From Rhizonema sp. NSF051 (lineage in GTDB: Bacteria; Cyanobacteriota; Cyanobacteriia; Cyanobacteriales; Nostocaceae), in NCBI GenBank assembly GCA_029379265.1, contig JAQYWN010000001.1, forward strand, positions 1 through 32,000: a stretch of DNA of 32,000 nt, read 5' to 3'. A program made the translations under genes and the position numbers. Position 1 is the first letter of the stretch, and each line of letters opens with the position of its first letter. Below, piece by piece: positions 8,404 through 17,576 of the stretch. The notes beneath the pieces are model-generated. The model saw only the letters and a list, made by a program, of their open reading frames with translations, searched no databases and was not told where the DNA came from.

Positions 8404-10317
8404 ATGGCTAAACCTCCAACAAAACGACTCGGTAAAAAGTTCATCAACTGGTTGCTCGAAAAAAACCGCAACGAGAATGAAGAACACACCAATCATCCTT
8501 GGTGGCAAGTCATGTGCCTTACTGGTGTAGATTATTTCTCAACACTGGGGTATCAACCCGGTATTGCTGCACTGGCAGCAGGGGCTGTTTCTCCTCTTGC
8601 AACCCTCATTCTGGTTCTGCTGACACTTTTCGGAGCATTGCCGATATATCGGCGCGTTGCGGCCAAAAGTCCTAAAGGCGAAGGATCTATTGCCATGCTC
8701 GAACACTTGCTCCCCTGGTGGCAAGGGAAAATATTCGTGCTCTGCCTGCTCGGTTTTGTGGCAACCGATTTCATCATCACCATTACCCTCTCAGCGGCTG
8801 ATGCTACTGCCCATATTATCGAAAATCCGTTTGTGCCAAGTTTGCTTCACAATCAGCAGATCAGTATTACCCTATTCCTAGTGGTATTGCTAGCCGCCGT
8901 TTTCCTCAAAGGTTTCCGAGAAGCTATCGGTATTGCAGTTATTCTGGTTGCAATCTATCTACTGTTGAATATTATTGTGATTGGCGTCGGTTCGTATCAT
9001 ATCTTGACTCAACCATCTGCGATCGCTCACTGGCAGACTGCTCTTTTCGCCGATCATCACAACCCTTTGAGTTTGCTGGGCATAGCCCTATTGGTATTCC
9101 CAAAACTAGCATTAGGATTGTCCGGCTTTGAGACTGGCGTGACTGTGATGCCTCTTGTGCGGGGTAGCAGTGACGATACTCCCGAACAACCTAAGGGACG
9201 TATTCGCAATACACGTAAGCTGCTTACTGCTGCAGCCGTCCTCATGAGCTTCTTTTTGATTGCCAGCAGCTTCATAACTATTATACTCATCCCAGCAGCA
9301 GAATTTAAAACGGGGGGGAAAGCCAATGGACGTGCTCTCGCCTATTTGGCACATCAGTATTTAGGTAATGGCTTTGGCACAATTTACGATTTGAGTACTA
9401 TTGGTATTCTCTGGTTTGCAGGTGCGTCCGCAATGGCAGGGCTTCTCACTATCTTACCCCGCTATCTACCACGCTATGGCATGGCACCAAAATGGGCACG
9501 GGCATCAAGACCTTTAGTGTTAGTCTATACAATTGTTTCCTTTGTGGTCACAATTATTTTCCAGGCTAATGTGGAAGCTCAGGGTGGGGCTTACGCAACT
9601 GGTGTACTTGTATTAATCACCTCAGCTTCATTTGCCGTGACTCTATCAGTCCATCACCGCAGAGCAAAACGCGGAACACTCGCTTTTGGAATCATCACGC
9701 TGCTGTTTCTTTATACGACTATTACTAACATCATTGAGAGACCCGAGGGGATTAGAATTGCAGCGATATTTATCAGTGCCATCATCCTCACCTCGCTGGT
9801 TTCCCGTGTGTGGCGATCGCTTGAACTACGGGTAGAGCGGATCGATATGGACGAAAATGCTTCTCGCTTCATTGAAGAAAATCAAGGTGTAATCCGACTC
9901 ATTGCCAATCGATTGCATGAGGGCGATGTGCGAGAGTATGATTTAAAGGAGCAACAGATACGTGATGATAATAATATTCCGCTTACCGATCCCATCGTCT
10001 TCCTCGAGATTCTGGTATCGGACGCTTCGGAATTTGAAAACATTGTGAGAATCGAAGGGTTGGAAGTGGGTGGCTACCGAATTCTGCGTACTGAGGGTGC
10101 CGCTGTCCCTAACACGATCGCTGCCATACTTCTACATCTTCGGGATTTGACGGGTAAAATCCCTCATGCCTATTTTAACTGGCCAGAGGGCAACCCGATT
10201 GATTACGTGCTACGTTTTATTTTGTTTGGCGAGGGCGATATTGCTGTGGTTACTCGCGAAGTGCTGCGGCGAGCGGAGAAAAATTCCCAACAGCGTCCTT
10301 ATATCCATGTTGGATGA
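8404..10317 (+). CDS. APC-superfamily permease-like polytopic membrane protein with a ~190-aa soluble C-terminal domain
   Basis: About 637 aa with more than 10 hydrophobic segments, followed by a charged C-terminal region ([17 protein letters not shown]...). The ATG at 8404 is preferred to the TTG at 8401. Confidence 0.65.
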   Translation: MAKPPTKRLGKKFINWLLEKNRNENEEHTNHPWWQVMCLTGVDYFSTLGYQPGIAALAAGAVSPLATLILVLLTLFGALPIYRRVAAKSPKGEGSIAMLEHLLPWWQGKIFVLCLLGFVATDFIITITLSAADATAHIIENPFVPSLLHNQQISITLFLVVLLAAVFLKGFREAIGIAVILVAIYLLLNIIVIGVGSYHILTQPSAIAHWQTALFADHHNPLSLLGIALLVFPKLALGLSGFETGVTVMPLVRGSSDDTPEQPKGRIRNTRKLLTAAAVLMSFFLIASSFITIILIPAAEFKTGGKANGRALAYLAHQYLGNGFGTIYDLSTIGILWFAGASAMAGLLTILPRYLPRYGMAPKWARASRPLVLVYTIVSFVVTIIFQANVEAQGGAYATGVLVLITSASFAVTLSVHHRRAKRGTLAFGIITLLFLYTTITNIIERPEGIRIAAIFISAIILTSLVSRVWRSLELRVERIDMDENASRFIEENQGVIRLIANRLHEGDVREYDLKEQQIRDDNNIPLTDPIVFLEILVSDASEFENIVRIEGLEVGGYRILRTEGAAVPNTIAAILLHLRDLTGKIPHAYFNWPEGNPIDYVLRFILFGEGDIAVVTREVLRRAEKNSQQRPYIHVG

Positions 10318-10423
10318 TGAACGACTGCAAGGCAGGGCAAAAAACTTACTTACCTCAGTTTCAAGAATGAGCTTCTCGCTATTGTCAAAATAATTACAAA
10401 ACTGGTCAGCGGTACGAGAATTA

Positions 10424-11062
10424 TTAAACACTGCTGGCGAAGTCGTATTCGCCTCCACGTTCGAGGGCGCGTTTGTAAGCAGGACGCGCGTGGATACGCT
10501 TAAGAAATTCCTCGATCTTTGGTCGGCTCTCGACTTCTTCAGGGTGCGTGGCGAGTAATTCGAGGGGAAAGCTCATTTGGATATCGGCAGCTGTAAATTC
10601 CTCACCTACAAACCACGTACTTTTACGGAGTTCATCTTCTATGTAGTCAAAGTGAAGCTTGATCTGGGGGGCAACGAATCCATCGTAAGCACTGCTATCT
10701 TTTGAGCCGTAATGCTCGAGGATGACCTTCATCACTAGTGGTGGCATTGCAGAACCTTCGCCGTAATGCAGCCAATAGGTATATTGAAGATGTTCCGGCG
10801 TACCCGATGCTGGGACGAGCTGACCTTTGCCATAGCGATCCACAATGTATTCGATAATAGCACCAGATTCGGCGATTGTGAGATCTCCATCTGTGACTAC
10901 TGGCGATTTGCCAAGCGGATGGATCTGACGCAGCGACTCTGGTGCCAGCATCGTCTTCTCATCCCGTTCGTAGTACTTGATCTCGTATTCGATACCTAAT
11001 TCCTCAAGCAGCCATAGCACGCGCTGTGATCGCGAGTTGTTAAGATGATGGACAACGAGCAT
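10424..11062 (-). CDS. Glutathione S-transferase
   Basis: 212 aa. The N-terminal thioredoxin-like GST domain reads SRSQRVLWLLEELGIEYE...HPLGKSPVV...ESGAIIEYI. Confidence 0.85.
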   Translation of the reverse strand: MLVVHHLNNSRSQRVLWLLEELGIEYEIKYYERDEKTMLAPESLRQIHPLGKSPVVTDGDLTIAESGAIIEYIVDRYGKGQLVPASGTPEHLQYTYWLHYGEGSAMPPLVMKVILEHYGSKDSSAYDGFVAPQIKLHFDYIEDELRKSTWFVGEEFTAADIQMSFPLELLATHPEEVESRPKIEEFLKRIHARPAYKRALERGGEYDFASSV

Positions 11063-11975
11063 GAAACTTTCTTCCTCCGATTACTTAGAAAATCCGACTT
11101 CGGCTAATCTGTTCCATAGAACTAATGCATAGTTGTCTACACCGTCCACAGTGGTCCACAGAAATTTTCTCTATCTCCAGATAGAGCTTCAACTTCGAGC
11201 CAAAGTCACTATCATACTTAGTGCTAATCGTAAGTTAGCTGTAGCGAAAATGTCTCTGTCAATTGGAGGAGCTAGGATGGGTCTGATTTTTCCCGTTAAA
11301 CTCTCACTGATGAAGTGGTGTAAAGCTAGTTAGGCATCGCGTTCGCTCTACTTGACACCTGATGGCTGAAATGGTAATGTAATTTCTGACATGCGCAACC
11401 GTACCTCGGAAATTGTGCCCGACCCATAAGTGATCCCTTGGGAGACTATGGTGTCTAAGCATTTCGCAAAGCCGAAACAATTGCGCCAGACAGGCTTGTA
11501 TCGCTAAAAGCTCAAGCCGTAATATTATCAGGGACATTGCCCCCACAGAAGAATAGTCTGCTATCTGCAAAATATCAACAAAGCAGACATTTATTTGGTG
11601 CATTACATCAGTGCTTTGTCTGCTCAACAAATTTCACTAAGTCTACAGATAGTGGAATTACCAAATAGCTTAAAAGTATAAGCTGACTATGGTTTGACAG
11701 TACTCAAAGGTGCGAGTTCTGCTATGTTCACAACTAGCTAATGACATCCTTTCACACCTGTTGACAACAAAGACTGGCAAAGTCTGTTCTCGAACTTCAA
11801 GGAGTTGGTGGAATTTACTTGCTGTGAATGTAGCTTTTGCACTCTCAGAAATAAACAAGCATCTACCTTGAAGCAATTCGTTAAAGTAGGCTTCGGAGCG
11901 GCACAGTTAGAAAATCAATGAATTTTGTTTGACTTGGAAACAAGCTGTTAGTCAATCGGCAGGAGAAAACAAACT

Positions 11976-12809
11976 ATGAATAAGCTAATTATCTTTCCCT
12001 TCTTGTCTCAAGCAATGACCAAGATTGGTGCAACCTTGACAGTAGGATTTGCATCTAGTCTGTTGCTTTCCAGTCCCATCCATGCAGCCACCCTTGGCAC
12101 TAACTTGATTGTGAATGGCGATGCTGAACAAGGGCAAGGAGATCCAATCGGTAATGCGGTTGGGACTGCTATACCTACTATCCCCGGCTGGACTACCACA
12201 GGTAGTTTCAGTGTATTAAAATATGGGGCACCAGGTTTTAGTTTTACCAACCCCTTAGGCAATGTAGTGAGCGTTAGTCTTCCTGGTACTAATGTTCCAG
12301 GGCCAAGCGATCGCGGAGCAAATTTGTTCTATGGTGGTGGTGATCGAGCCTCTTCCAGTGCTTCGCAATCAATAGATATATCCGATCTAGCTTCAACTAT
12401 TGATGCAGGTCAAGGTACATTTAACTTAAGCGGTTGGTTAGGTGGATATGGCACAGATGAAGATAGCGCATCACTAAACATTTCTTTTCTTAATCAAGGT
12501 AAGCAGTCTCTGGGTATATCTAGTATTACTGCGCCGACACCCGCGCAAAGAAACAACACCACAGGCTTATTTTTGCAGTCAGCTAATGGCTCTGTACCTG
12601 TGGGTACACGTCAAATCAATGTACTGCTGAACGCAGCTTATTTCAGAGGGCGAGTAAATGACTCTTACGCAGATAATCTTTCGTTAGTAGTTAATAAAGC
12701 CAATCCTGTTCCAGAACCCTTCACCATCTTAGGCTCAGTTGCAGCACTAGGATTTGGAGGCATATTCAAAAAACAGCATTCAAAAAAACTGCAAAAGCAA
12801 AAAGTTTAG
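11976..12809 (+). CDS. PEP-CTERM sorting-signal secreted protein
   Basis: 277 aa with an N-terminal signal peptide. The C-terminus reads VPEPFTILGSVAALGFGGIFKKQHSKK: a PEP motif, a TM helix and a basic tail. The RBS AGGAGAA lies at 11961-11967. Confidence 0.8.
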   Translation: MNKLIIFPFLSQAMTKIGATLTVGFASSLLLSSPIHAATLGTNLIVNGDAEQGQGDPIGNAVGTAIPTIPGWTTTGSFSVLKYGAPGFSFTNPLGNVVSVSLPGTNVPGPSDRGANLFYGGGDRASSSASQSIDISDLASTIDAGQGTFNLSGWLGGYGTDEDSASLNISFLNQGKQSLGISSITAPTPAQRNNTTGLFLQSANGSVPVGTRQINVLLNAAYFRGRVNDSYADNLSLVVNKANPVPEPFTILGSVAALGFGGIFKKQHSKKLQKQKV

Positions 12810-13183
12810 CGATCGCAACGCAACTTTCCCCAATTATAAGTATAAAAGTATACTTATAAACGAAGATCAAAACTTTCTTAAAAAGAAAAAGCAGTTGTTG
12901 AGCCAACACCGCGCACAGCTTTGGCGGGGAGGGGTTCTTTTATTATGGGTGATTTAAAGGACATCATATAATTTCGCGATTCTGAACTATATTGCCACCA
13001 GATTCGATGACTCGAAACTGCGAGCAATGAGCAGGTGTGTAAAAAACCACTATTGTAAATTGGCTAATACTAATAACTGAGTGAACTCGAGTTTTGGTCG
13101 TGGTGAAGATGCTGTACTTACCTACAATTGTAGAAGCAGTTGATTCGTCAATTTTTATGACTTGAAACTTAGGAGCCGCTCAA

Positions 13184-14572
13184 ATGAACAAAAAATTAGG
13201 CAAAATAGTTCTCGCTAATGATGCTTCAACTTTAAGTAACCTCGGATTTGAAAAATCTCCAGATGCGGCAATTTTTGCCCAAAATATCGCTAATTGGTTC
13301 ACGGGCGGTCGTCCTGGCAAGTTTCATTCTTATTTTGACCCGGATTTAGGCGAATCTGAATCTGCTTTAACGCAGACAATGACTAAAGCTGGCCATACAT
13401 GGACAGTTGGATACGATATCCCATCTGATGTGGATGCGATTTTTTTACATGACACTAGTCTTTGGGATACACTCACAGATTTCTTTGAAGCCGGAGGGAA
13501 CATTTACTTAGCTGCCGAGACGGAAAATGAGGACTATGCTTCAGGATATGATTTTAACTGGTTTCTTTGGGAAGTTGGTTTCCAGTTTAAAGAGGGCTAT
13601 AACGGGATTTCCGGAAATCAACCAATTAATAGCGATCATCCGATTTTTGCTGGAGTTAAATCTCTCTATCAACGCAATGGTACCTCGATTATCGACTTCC
13701 AACCAGACGAGCAGGCCAATCAAATTCTTGTCAGAAGTCCTGGTGGAGAAGGGCTGTATGCAATACTCGATCTGTCAAAGGCGACACGCCACGTTAGGAT
13801 AAACAGGATAATTTCCCACGGAAGTGTTAAATCCACTGAGGCGGACGAATATATCTCTATAGTTAACGAGGGGCTGGTTGACATAGATATATCGGGCTGG
13901 AAAATTGACAGCACAAATCGCAATCAAGAATTTTCTTTTCCCACCGGGACAGTATTGAAAAAAGAAGCGTCGTATCGAGTTTATACTGACCAGGTGCATC
14001 CAGAGTCAGGCGGTTTCTCTTTCGGTAGCAAACGCTCTGTTTGGAATAACTCTTCAGATGAGGGACGGCTGTATGATGCTGAGGGAAATTTGATGTCTAG
14101 CTATGCTTATACTGAGTACAGTCAAAAGTTATCCGATCTGACAGAATCCCTTGGCTTAGACAATCTGATTCTAGAGGCAGATCCAGAAGCGATTAAGGCA
14201 CAGAAAGCTTTAGGAGGTGAGGTAACTTTTGAGGAAGCATTGAAATTGGCATATGATAGCTTTGAAAATGACAACACACTTGAAGGCTCGGCTGTAGAGG
14301 CGATCGCTGCTAATGCTGCTGCTGTAGGTGTGCCATACGACGCCTATTTTAATGGCGATCATGTAACCTCGTCTTACCATTATCTGCGAAAACCCACGAC
14401 TAAAATTACCCTGTGTACCCCACAGACACCGATGCTCCCAACAAATGGGGAAACCATAGAAGCTAACTGGATATTTATGTTACAAATTCCTGAACTCAAC
14501 ACAGTACATTGGGCGATTATCGACCGCTCAGGCGAAAACGAAGAGTACAACTACGGTTGCAATTTGTCCTGA
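13184..14572 (+). CDS. Hypothetical protein with a central lamin-tail-domain (LTD)-like segment
   Basis: 462 aa. The segment EYISIVNEGLVDIDISGWKIDSTNRNQEFSFPTGTVLKKEASYRVYT resembles an LTD. No signal peptide is evident. The RBS AGGAG lies at 13171-13175. Confidence 0.6.
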   Translation: MNKKLGKIVLANDASTLSNLGFEKSPDAAIFAQNIANWFTGGRPGKFHSYFDPDLGESESALTQTMTKAGHTWTVGYDIPSDVDAIFLHDTSLWDTLTDFFEAGGNIYLAAETENEDYASGYDFNWFLWEVGFQFKEGYNGISGNQPINSDHPIFAGVKSLYQRNGTSIIDFQPDEQANQILVRSPGGEGLYAILDLSKATRHVRINRIISHGSVKSTEADEYISIVNEGLVDIDISGWKIDSTNRNQEFSFPTGTVLKKEASYRVYTDQVHPESGGFSFGSKRSVWNNSSDEGRLYDAEGNLMSSYAYTEYSQKLSDLTESLGLDNLILEADPEAIKAQKALGGEVTFEEALKLAYDSFENDNTLEGSAVEAIAANAAAVGVPYDAYFNGDHVTSSYHYLRKPTTKITLCTPQTPMLPTNGETIEANWIFMLQIPELNTVHWAIIDRSGENEEYNYGCNLS

Positions 14573-14663
14573 TAAAGAGGCTTTCGCTCTTCAGATGAAC
14601 CGAATAAATCGCACGATTATTCGGATGAGTTGCACCCAGAGATTGATAACCCGCAACTTGGGT

Positions 14664-14882
14664 TATTATAATGATGTAGCTGAAAAACTTTTTGGCGGCT
14701 CAAAGCACGGGTAAAAACACCGGGGGTCCCGCCAAACTGCTCAGAACCTTGACAAATCAATAGTTTACAGGTTTTGATACTCATCAGTTCTCTTATTGAT
14801 GGATTCTGGAAAGGGACTTTCAAAACAGCCCTGCCAAAAATGCCTGTTCCAAGCTCTCTATAACTGGATCTCACCAAGCGGA
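14664..14882 (+). promoter_or_regulatory. CRISPR leader 1, homologous to leaders 2 and 3
   Basis: It aligns by eye over its full length with 27775-27991. TATAAT lies at 14667-14672. An inverted repeat pairs TTTGGCGG (14691-14698) with CCGCCAAA (14729-14736). Confidence 0.75.
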
Positions 14883-15104
14883 CTTTCAAACCAATGATTC
14901 CCGGCAACGGGATTGAAACCAATACATCCCTTTTCCCAAATAAAAACCCAGCACCACTTTCAAACCAATGATTCCCGGCAACGGGATTGAAACGAGCCGA
15001 AAGTATCTCAGCGGCAACGGGATTGAAACACATATTTTTGAAGTGGAAGCGTAGGCTCTACTTTGGCTTTCAAACCAATGATTCCCGGCAACGGGATTGA
15101 AAAC
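14883..15104 (+). CRISPR. CRISPR array 1: 3 full repeats plus 1 half repeat, decaying
   Basis: The repeat CTTTCAAACCAATGATTCCCGGCAACGGGATTGAAAC occurs at 14883-14919 and 14957-14993. A 3' half repeat lies at 15012-15029. The terminal repeat at 15067-15104 carries one extra A. Confidence 0.9.
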
Positions 15105-15107
15105 TAC

Positions 15108-16079
15108 TCACAGCGCATCTGAATATTTTTCATATGCCTTTTGAAGCTCCTTTTTAATGTCTGTAGCTAAAAACTCTGGAGTTAAAATCCGAACATTCGC
15201 CCCATATTGCAAAATCCGCTGTCGAAACCAGAACCAGTAATCTTCTTGTGTTGCGATCTCAACAAATTTTCCTTCCGAATCGCGGTGAATGACATGTTCG
15301 CCTTTTCGTCGGGGTTGGTAGTCTGCTAAAGAACCACTCATGCGATAATGGATTTCTAACGAAGGAAACTCACAAGAGAACCAGTGAACATCAGAAGCTG
15401 GACCAACGTTGGCTATCCGATCTACCCGAAACAGATGATTTTGGTCTATGTTAGGCCAAGTTTGAAAACGCCAAGATCGCCAGTCGGGAACGAATGCGAA
15501 AAGGTAAAGTACACCATTATGAAAGCGTAATTCCGAGCGATCAAGATCCCAAATGCGCTGCTCTCCTTTGCGGCTTTCATAAGTAATAGTATAACGGCGT
15601 TGTTGCTGAAACCTTTCCTGAAGACGACGAACAATAATATCAAGCTTGTCTTCGCTGTAATCTGCAGGAGGGCTAAAATTAACTTTGACAAATGCTGGAA
15701 TGTCAGACTCGTTAATATTGCCAATCCGCAGAATCTGGCTTGCTTGTGCAGAAAAGCCCATACCAGCAAAGAAATAAGCTGCTAGTGCTAAAGCTTCTCG
15801 CTGTTCAGTGGAAAGGATGACTGGAAAATTTGACTCCACTAGTTCATAAGGATGATGAGGCGCACTTTTAATTTCTATTCCGCAGTCTCTCAGCTTGCGG
15901 ATTGTGCGCGTGAGTTTTTGCTTGATGTCCATTTCGTCTGATGACTTACCGCGTGCCTCTACAAAGGGAGACAGCAAATCAGTCAATTCATCTCGCGTCC
16001 GTGGCTTTTCTGCAAGTTGTTTGAGGATTTCTAGGGCGAAGACTATTTGGTTGTAGTTCGTGTCAAGTTTAGATGACAT
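15108..16079 (-). CDS. WYL-domain transcriptional regulator (HTH-WYL-WCX architecture), CRISPR-associated
   Basis: 323 aa. It has an N-terminal wHTH-like region (FALEILKQLAEKPRTRDELTDLL), a central WYL-like beta region (RRYTITYESRKGEQRIWDLDRSELRFHNGVLYLFAF) and a C-terminal extension. It sits between two arrays of a type I-D locus, like the known WYL repressor of the Synechocystis I-D system. Confidence 0.75.
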   Translation of the reverse strand: MSSKLDTNYNQIVFALEILKQLAEKPRTRDELTDLLSPFVEARGKSSDEMDIKQKLTRTIRKLRDCGIEIKSAPHHPYELVESNFPVILSTEQREALALAAYFFAGMGFSAQASQILRIGNINESDIPAFVKVNFSPPADYSEDKLDIIVRRLQERFQQQRRYTITYESRKGEQRIWDLDRSELRFHNGVLYLFAFVPDWRSWRFQTWPNIDQNHLFRVDRIANVGPASDVHWFSCEFPSLEIHYRMSGSLADYQPRRKGEHVIHRDSEGKFVEIATQEDYWFWFRQRILQYGANVRILTPEFLATDIKKELQKAYEKYSDAL

Positions 16080-16089
16080 GGCTCATGGA

Positions 16090-16116
16090 GAAGTTAACTA
16101 ATTTTAAATTAACTTC
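16090..16116. promoter_or_regulatory. Palindrome in the 5' region of the WYL gene (candidate operator)
   Basis: GAAGTTAA (16090-16097) and TTAACTTC (16109-16116) are separated by 11 nt. The site lies 11-37 nt upstream of the WYL start codon and 21 nt from the last repeat of array 2. Confidence 0.35.
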
Positions 16117-16136
16117 CCAAAGCAAAAAACTTGAAA

Positions 16137-16989
16137 ATTTCAATCCCGTTGCCAGGATTCATAGATTTGAAACCCTCGAACTCAGCACTTAAAGTCATTT
16201 GCGTTATTGAAGTTTCAATCCCGTTGCCAGGATTCATAGATTTGAAACACCAAAAGTTTTTTAGTAGACAAAGGAATAGCAGAAGTTTCAATCCCGTTGC
16301 CAGGATTCATAGATTTGAAACAATTTCCTCATCTGCTCGACTTGAGCAAATAGAAGGTTTCAATCCCGTTGCCAGGATTCATAGATTTGAAACTCTGAAA
16401 TTGGGTAGTATTCGGGGGTCCGGTAAACTCGTTTCAATCCCGTTGCCAGGATTCATAGATTTGAAACAACACATGGGCATTTTTGGTAACATGAACGGTA
16501 AAAAGTTTCAATCCCGTTGCCAGGATTCATAGATTTGAAACAACCATAGTTGCTGGTGTTGTATTCGTCAGCTGAATATCGTTTCAATCCCGTTGCCAGG
16601 ATTCATAGATTTGAAACTCATTTTGGGTATTTTAGTTTTGGAAAGGAAAAGAATGGTTTCAATCGCGTTGCCAGGATTCATAGATTTGAAACAAAACTGA
16701 CACTGATAGCATTAAGAAGAACACCGATCGTTTCAATCCTGTTGCCAGGATTCATAGATTTGAAACTAAAGTGACCAACAAAATTCTCCTGAAGCAATCC
16801 TCGGTTTCAATCCCGTTGCCAGGATTCATAGATTTGAAACATGCTGACGGTAACGTTTGGTTTAGTGGAATGGGATTGGTTTCAATCCCGTTGCCAGGAT
16901 TCATAGATTTGAAACTTTCATAAGCGATCCTTTAACTCGTATAACTTCAAAAGTTTCAATCCCGTTGCCAGGATTCATAGATTTGAAAC
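16137..16989 (-). CRISPR. CRISPR array 2: 12 repeats, 11 spacers of 35-39 nt, transcribed on the minus strand
   Basis: The plus-strand repeat is GTTTCAATCCCGTTGCCAGGATTCATAGATTTGAAAC. Its reverse complement, GTTTCAAATCTATGAATCCTGGCAACGGGATTGAAAC, differs from the array 3 repeat at 4 positions. Variant repeats lie at 16656-16692 (C>G), 16730-16766 (C>T) and at the leader-distal repeat 16137-16173 (end base changed). The leader homologue lies on the high-coordinate side. Confidence 0.95.
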
Positions 16990-17203
16990 CCCCGTCACCT
17001 GTAACCCAATCATAGAAAGCTTCGTACAGCCGATTTTGGCATGTCTATTCTAAAAGTCCATTTTGGGAACCTGTGAATAGCGAAACCAAAAGTATCGAAA
17101 TTACCAAAGCTATTGAATTATCAAGGTTCTGGAGATTTGGCGGGAGTAGGGGGTTTTTCGCCCGTGCTTCGACCCGCCAATTTTTTTGGCTAAGTACATC
17201 ATA
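16990..17203 (-). promoter_or_regulatory. CRISPR leader 2, a diverged homologue of leaders 1 and 3
   Basis: The reverse complement aligns with leaders 1 and 3 (TATGATGTA...TTGGCGGG...CCCGCCAA...GAACCTTGA.AA.TCAATA...GGACTTTTA.AA...TGCCAAAA...TCTATGA.TGGGTT). The inverted repeat pairs 17137-17144 with 17173-17180. A -10-like TATGAT lies at 17198-17203 on the minus strand. Confidence 0.7.
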
Positions 17204-17446
17204 CGGCAATTATCCGATTTTGTGCAATAAGAGTGCTAAAGCGCAACTACGAACAGCATACAGTGGTTGTACAATCCATTGTGGAACCCGCGCAAAGCAC
17301 TGGCTACACAACTAAAGCATAGGAGCGTAGTTTACAGCTTACTTAAAAAAATGTTTTCAGCGGATGTAGTGCTTAGAAAAAACGGCGTCCTTTTTTTCAA
17401 TCCTACAAAGAAAACGTGTGAGTTTCACTATTAAGCGTTCCCTCTG

Positions 17447-17576
17447 ATATCATGTTCGGTAAATGAGTTATAAATAAAGGACAGGTTCGTAGTTGTGCTG
17501 TCTTCGTTCTTAACAGTTTGATAGCGCTGAAGCGCAACTACAAACATTATTGTAAGTGTTCAACCGAACATGATAT
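17447..17576. repeat. MITE-like element with perfect 14-bp terminal inverted repeats enclosing a dispersed hairpin repeat
   Basis: ATATCATGTTCGGT (17447-17460) pairs with ACCGAACATGATAT (17563-17576). The core at 17485-17545, GTTCGTAGTTGTGCT...AGCGCTGAAGCGCAACTACAAAC, is related to the 24053-24206 elements and to a half copy at 17232-17254. Confidence 0.55.

Noticed and set aside
11304-11630. A 108-aa minus-strand ORF in the GST/PEP-CTERM intergenic gap.
   Set aside because: Composition is rich in Cys, His and Arg. There is no RBS and no recognisable motif. I treat it as non-coding pending a homology search.
14749-14781. TTGACA inside the leaders (14749-14754 and the equivalent in leader 3) as the array promoter -35.
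   Set aside because: No acceptable -10 hexamer lies 16-19 nt downstream; the sequence there is TTTTGA/TTGATA. The conserved TATAAT/TATGAT at the distal edge of each leader is a better candidate. Neither can be confirmed without TSS data.
14617-15033. Track ORFs overlapping the CRISPR arrays and leaders: 14617-15033, 16109-16291, 16131-16532, 16550-16774, 17073-17315, 27735-28043, 28363-28548, 28512-28706.
   Set aside because: Their translations are periodic repeats of the same peptide (e.g. SIPLPGIIDLK, NPVARIHRFET). That peptide is simply the translated CRISPR repeat, so these are not genes.
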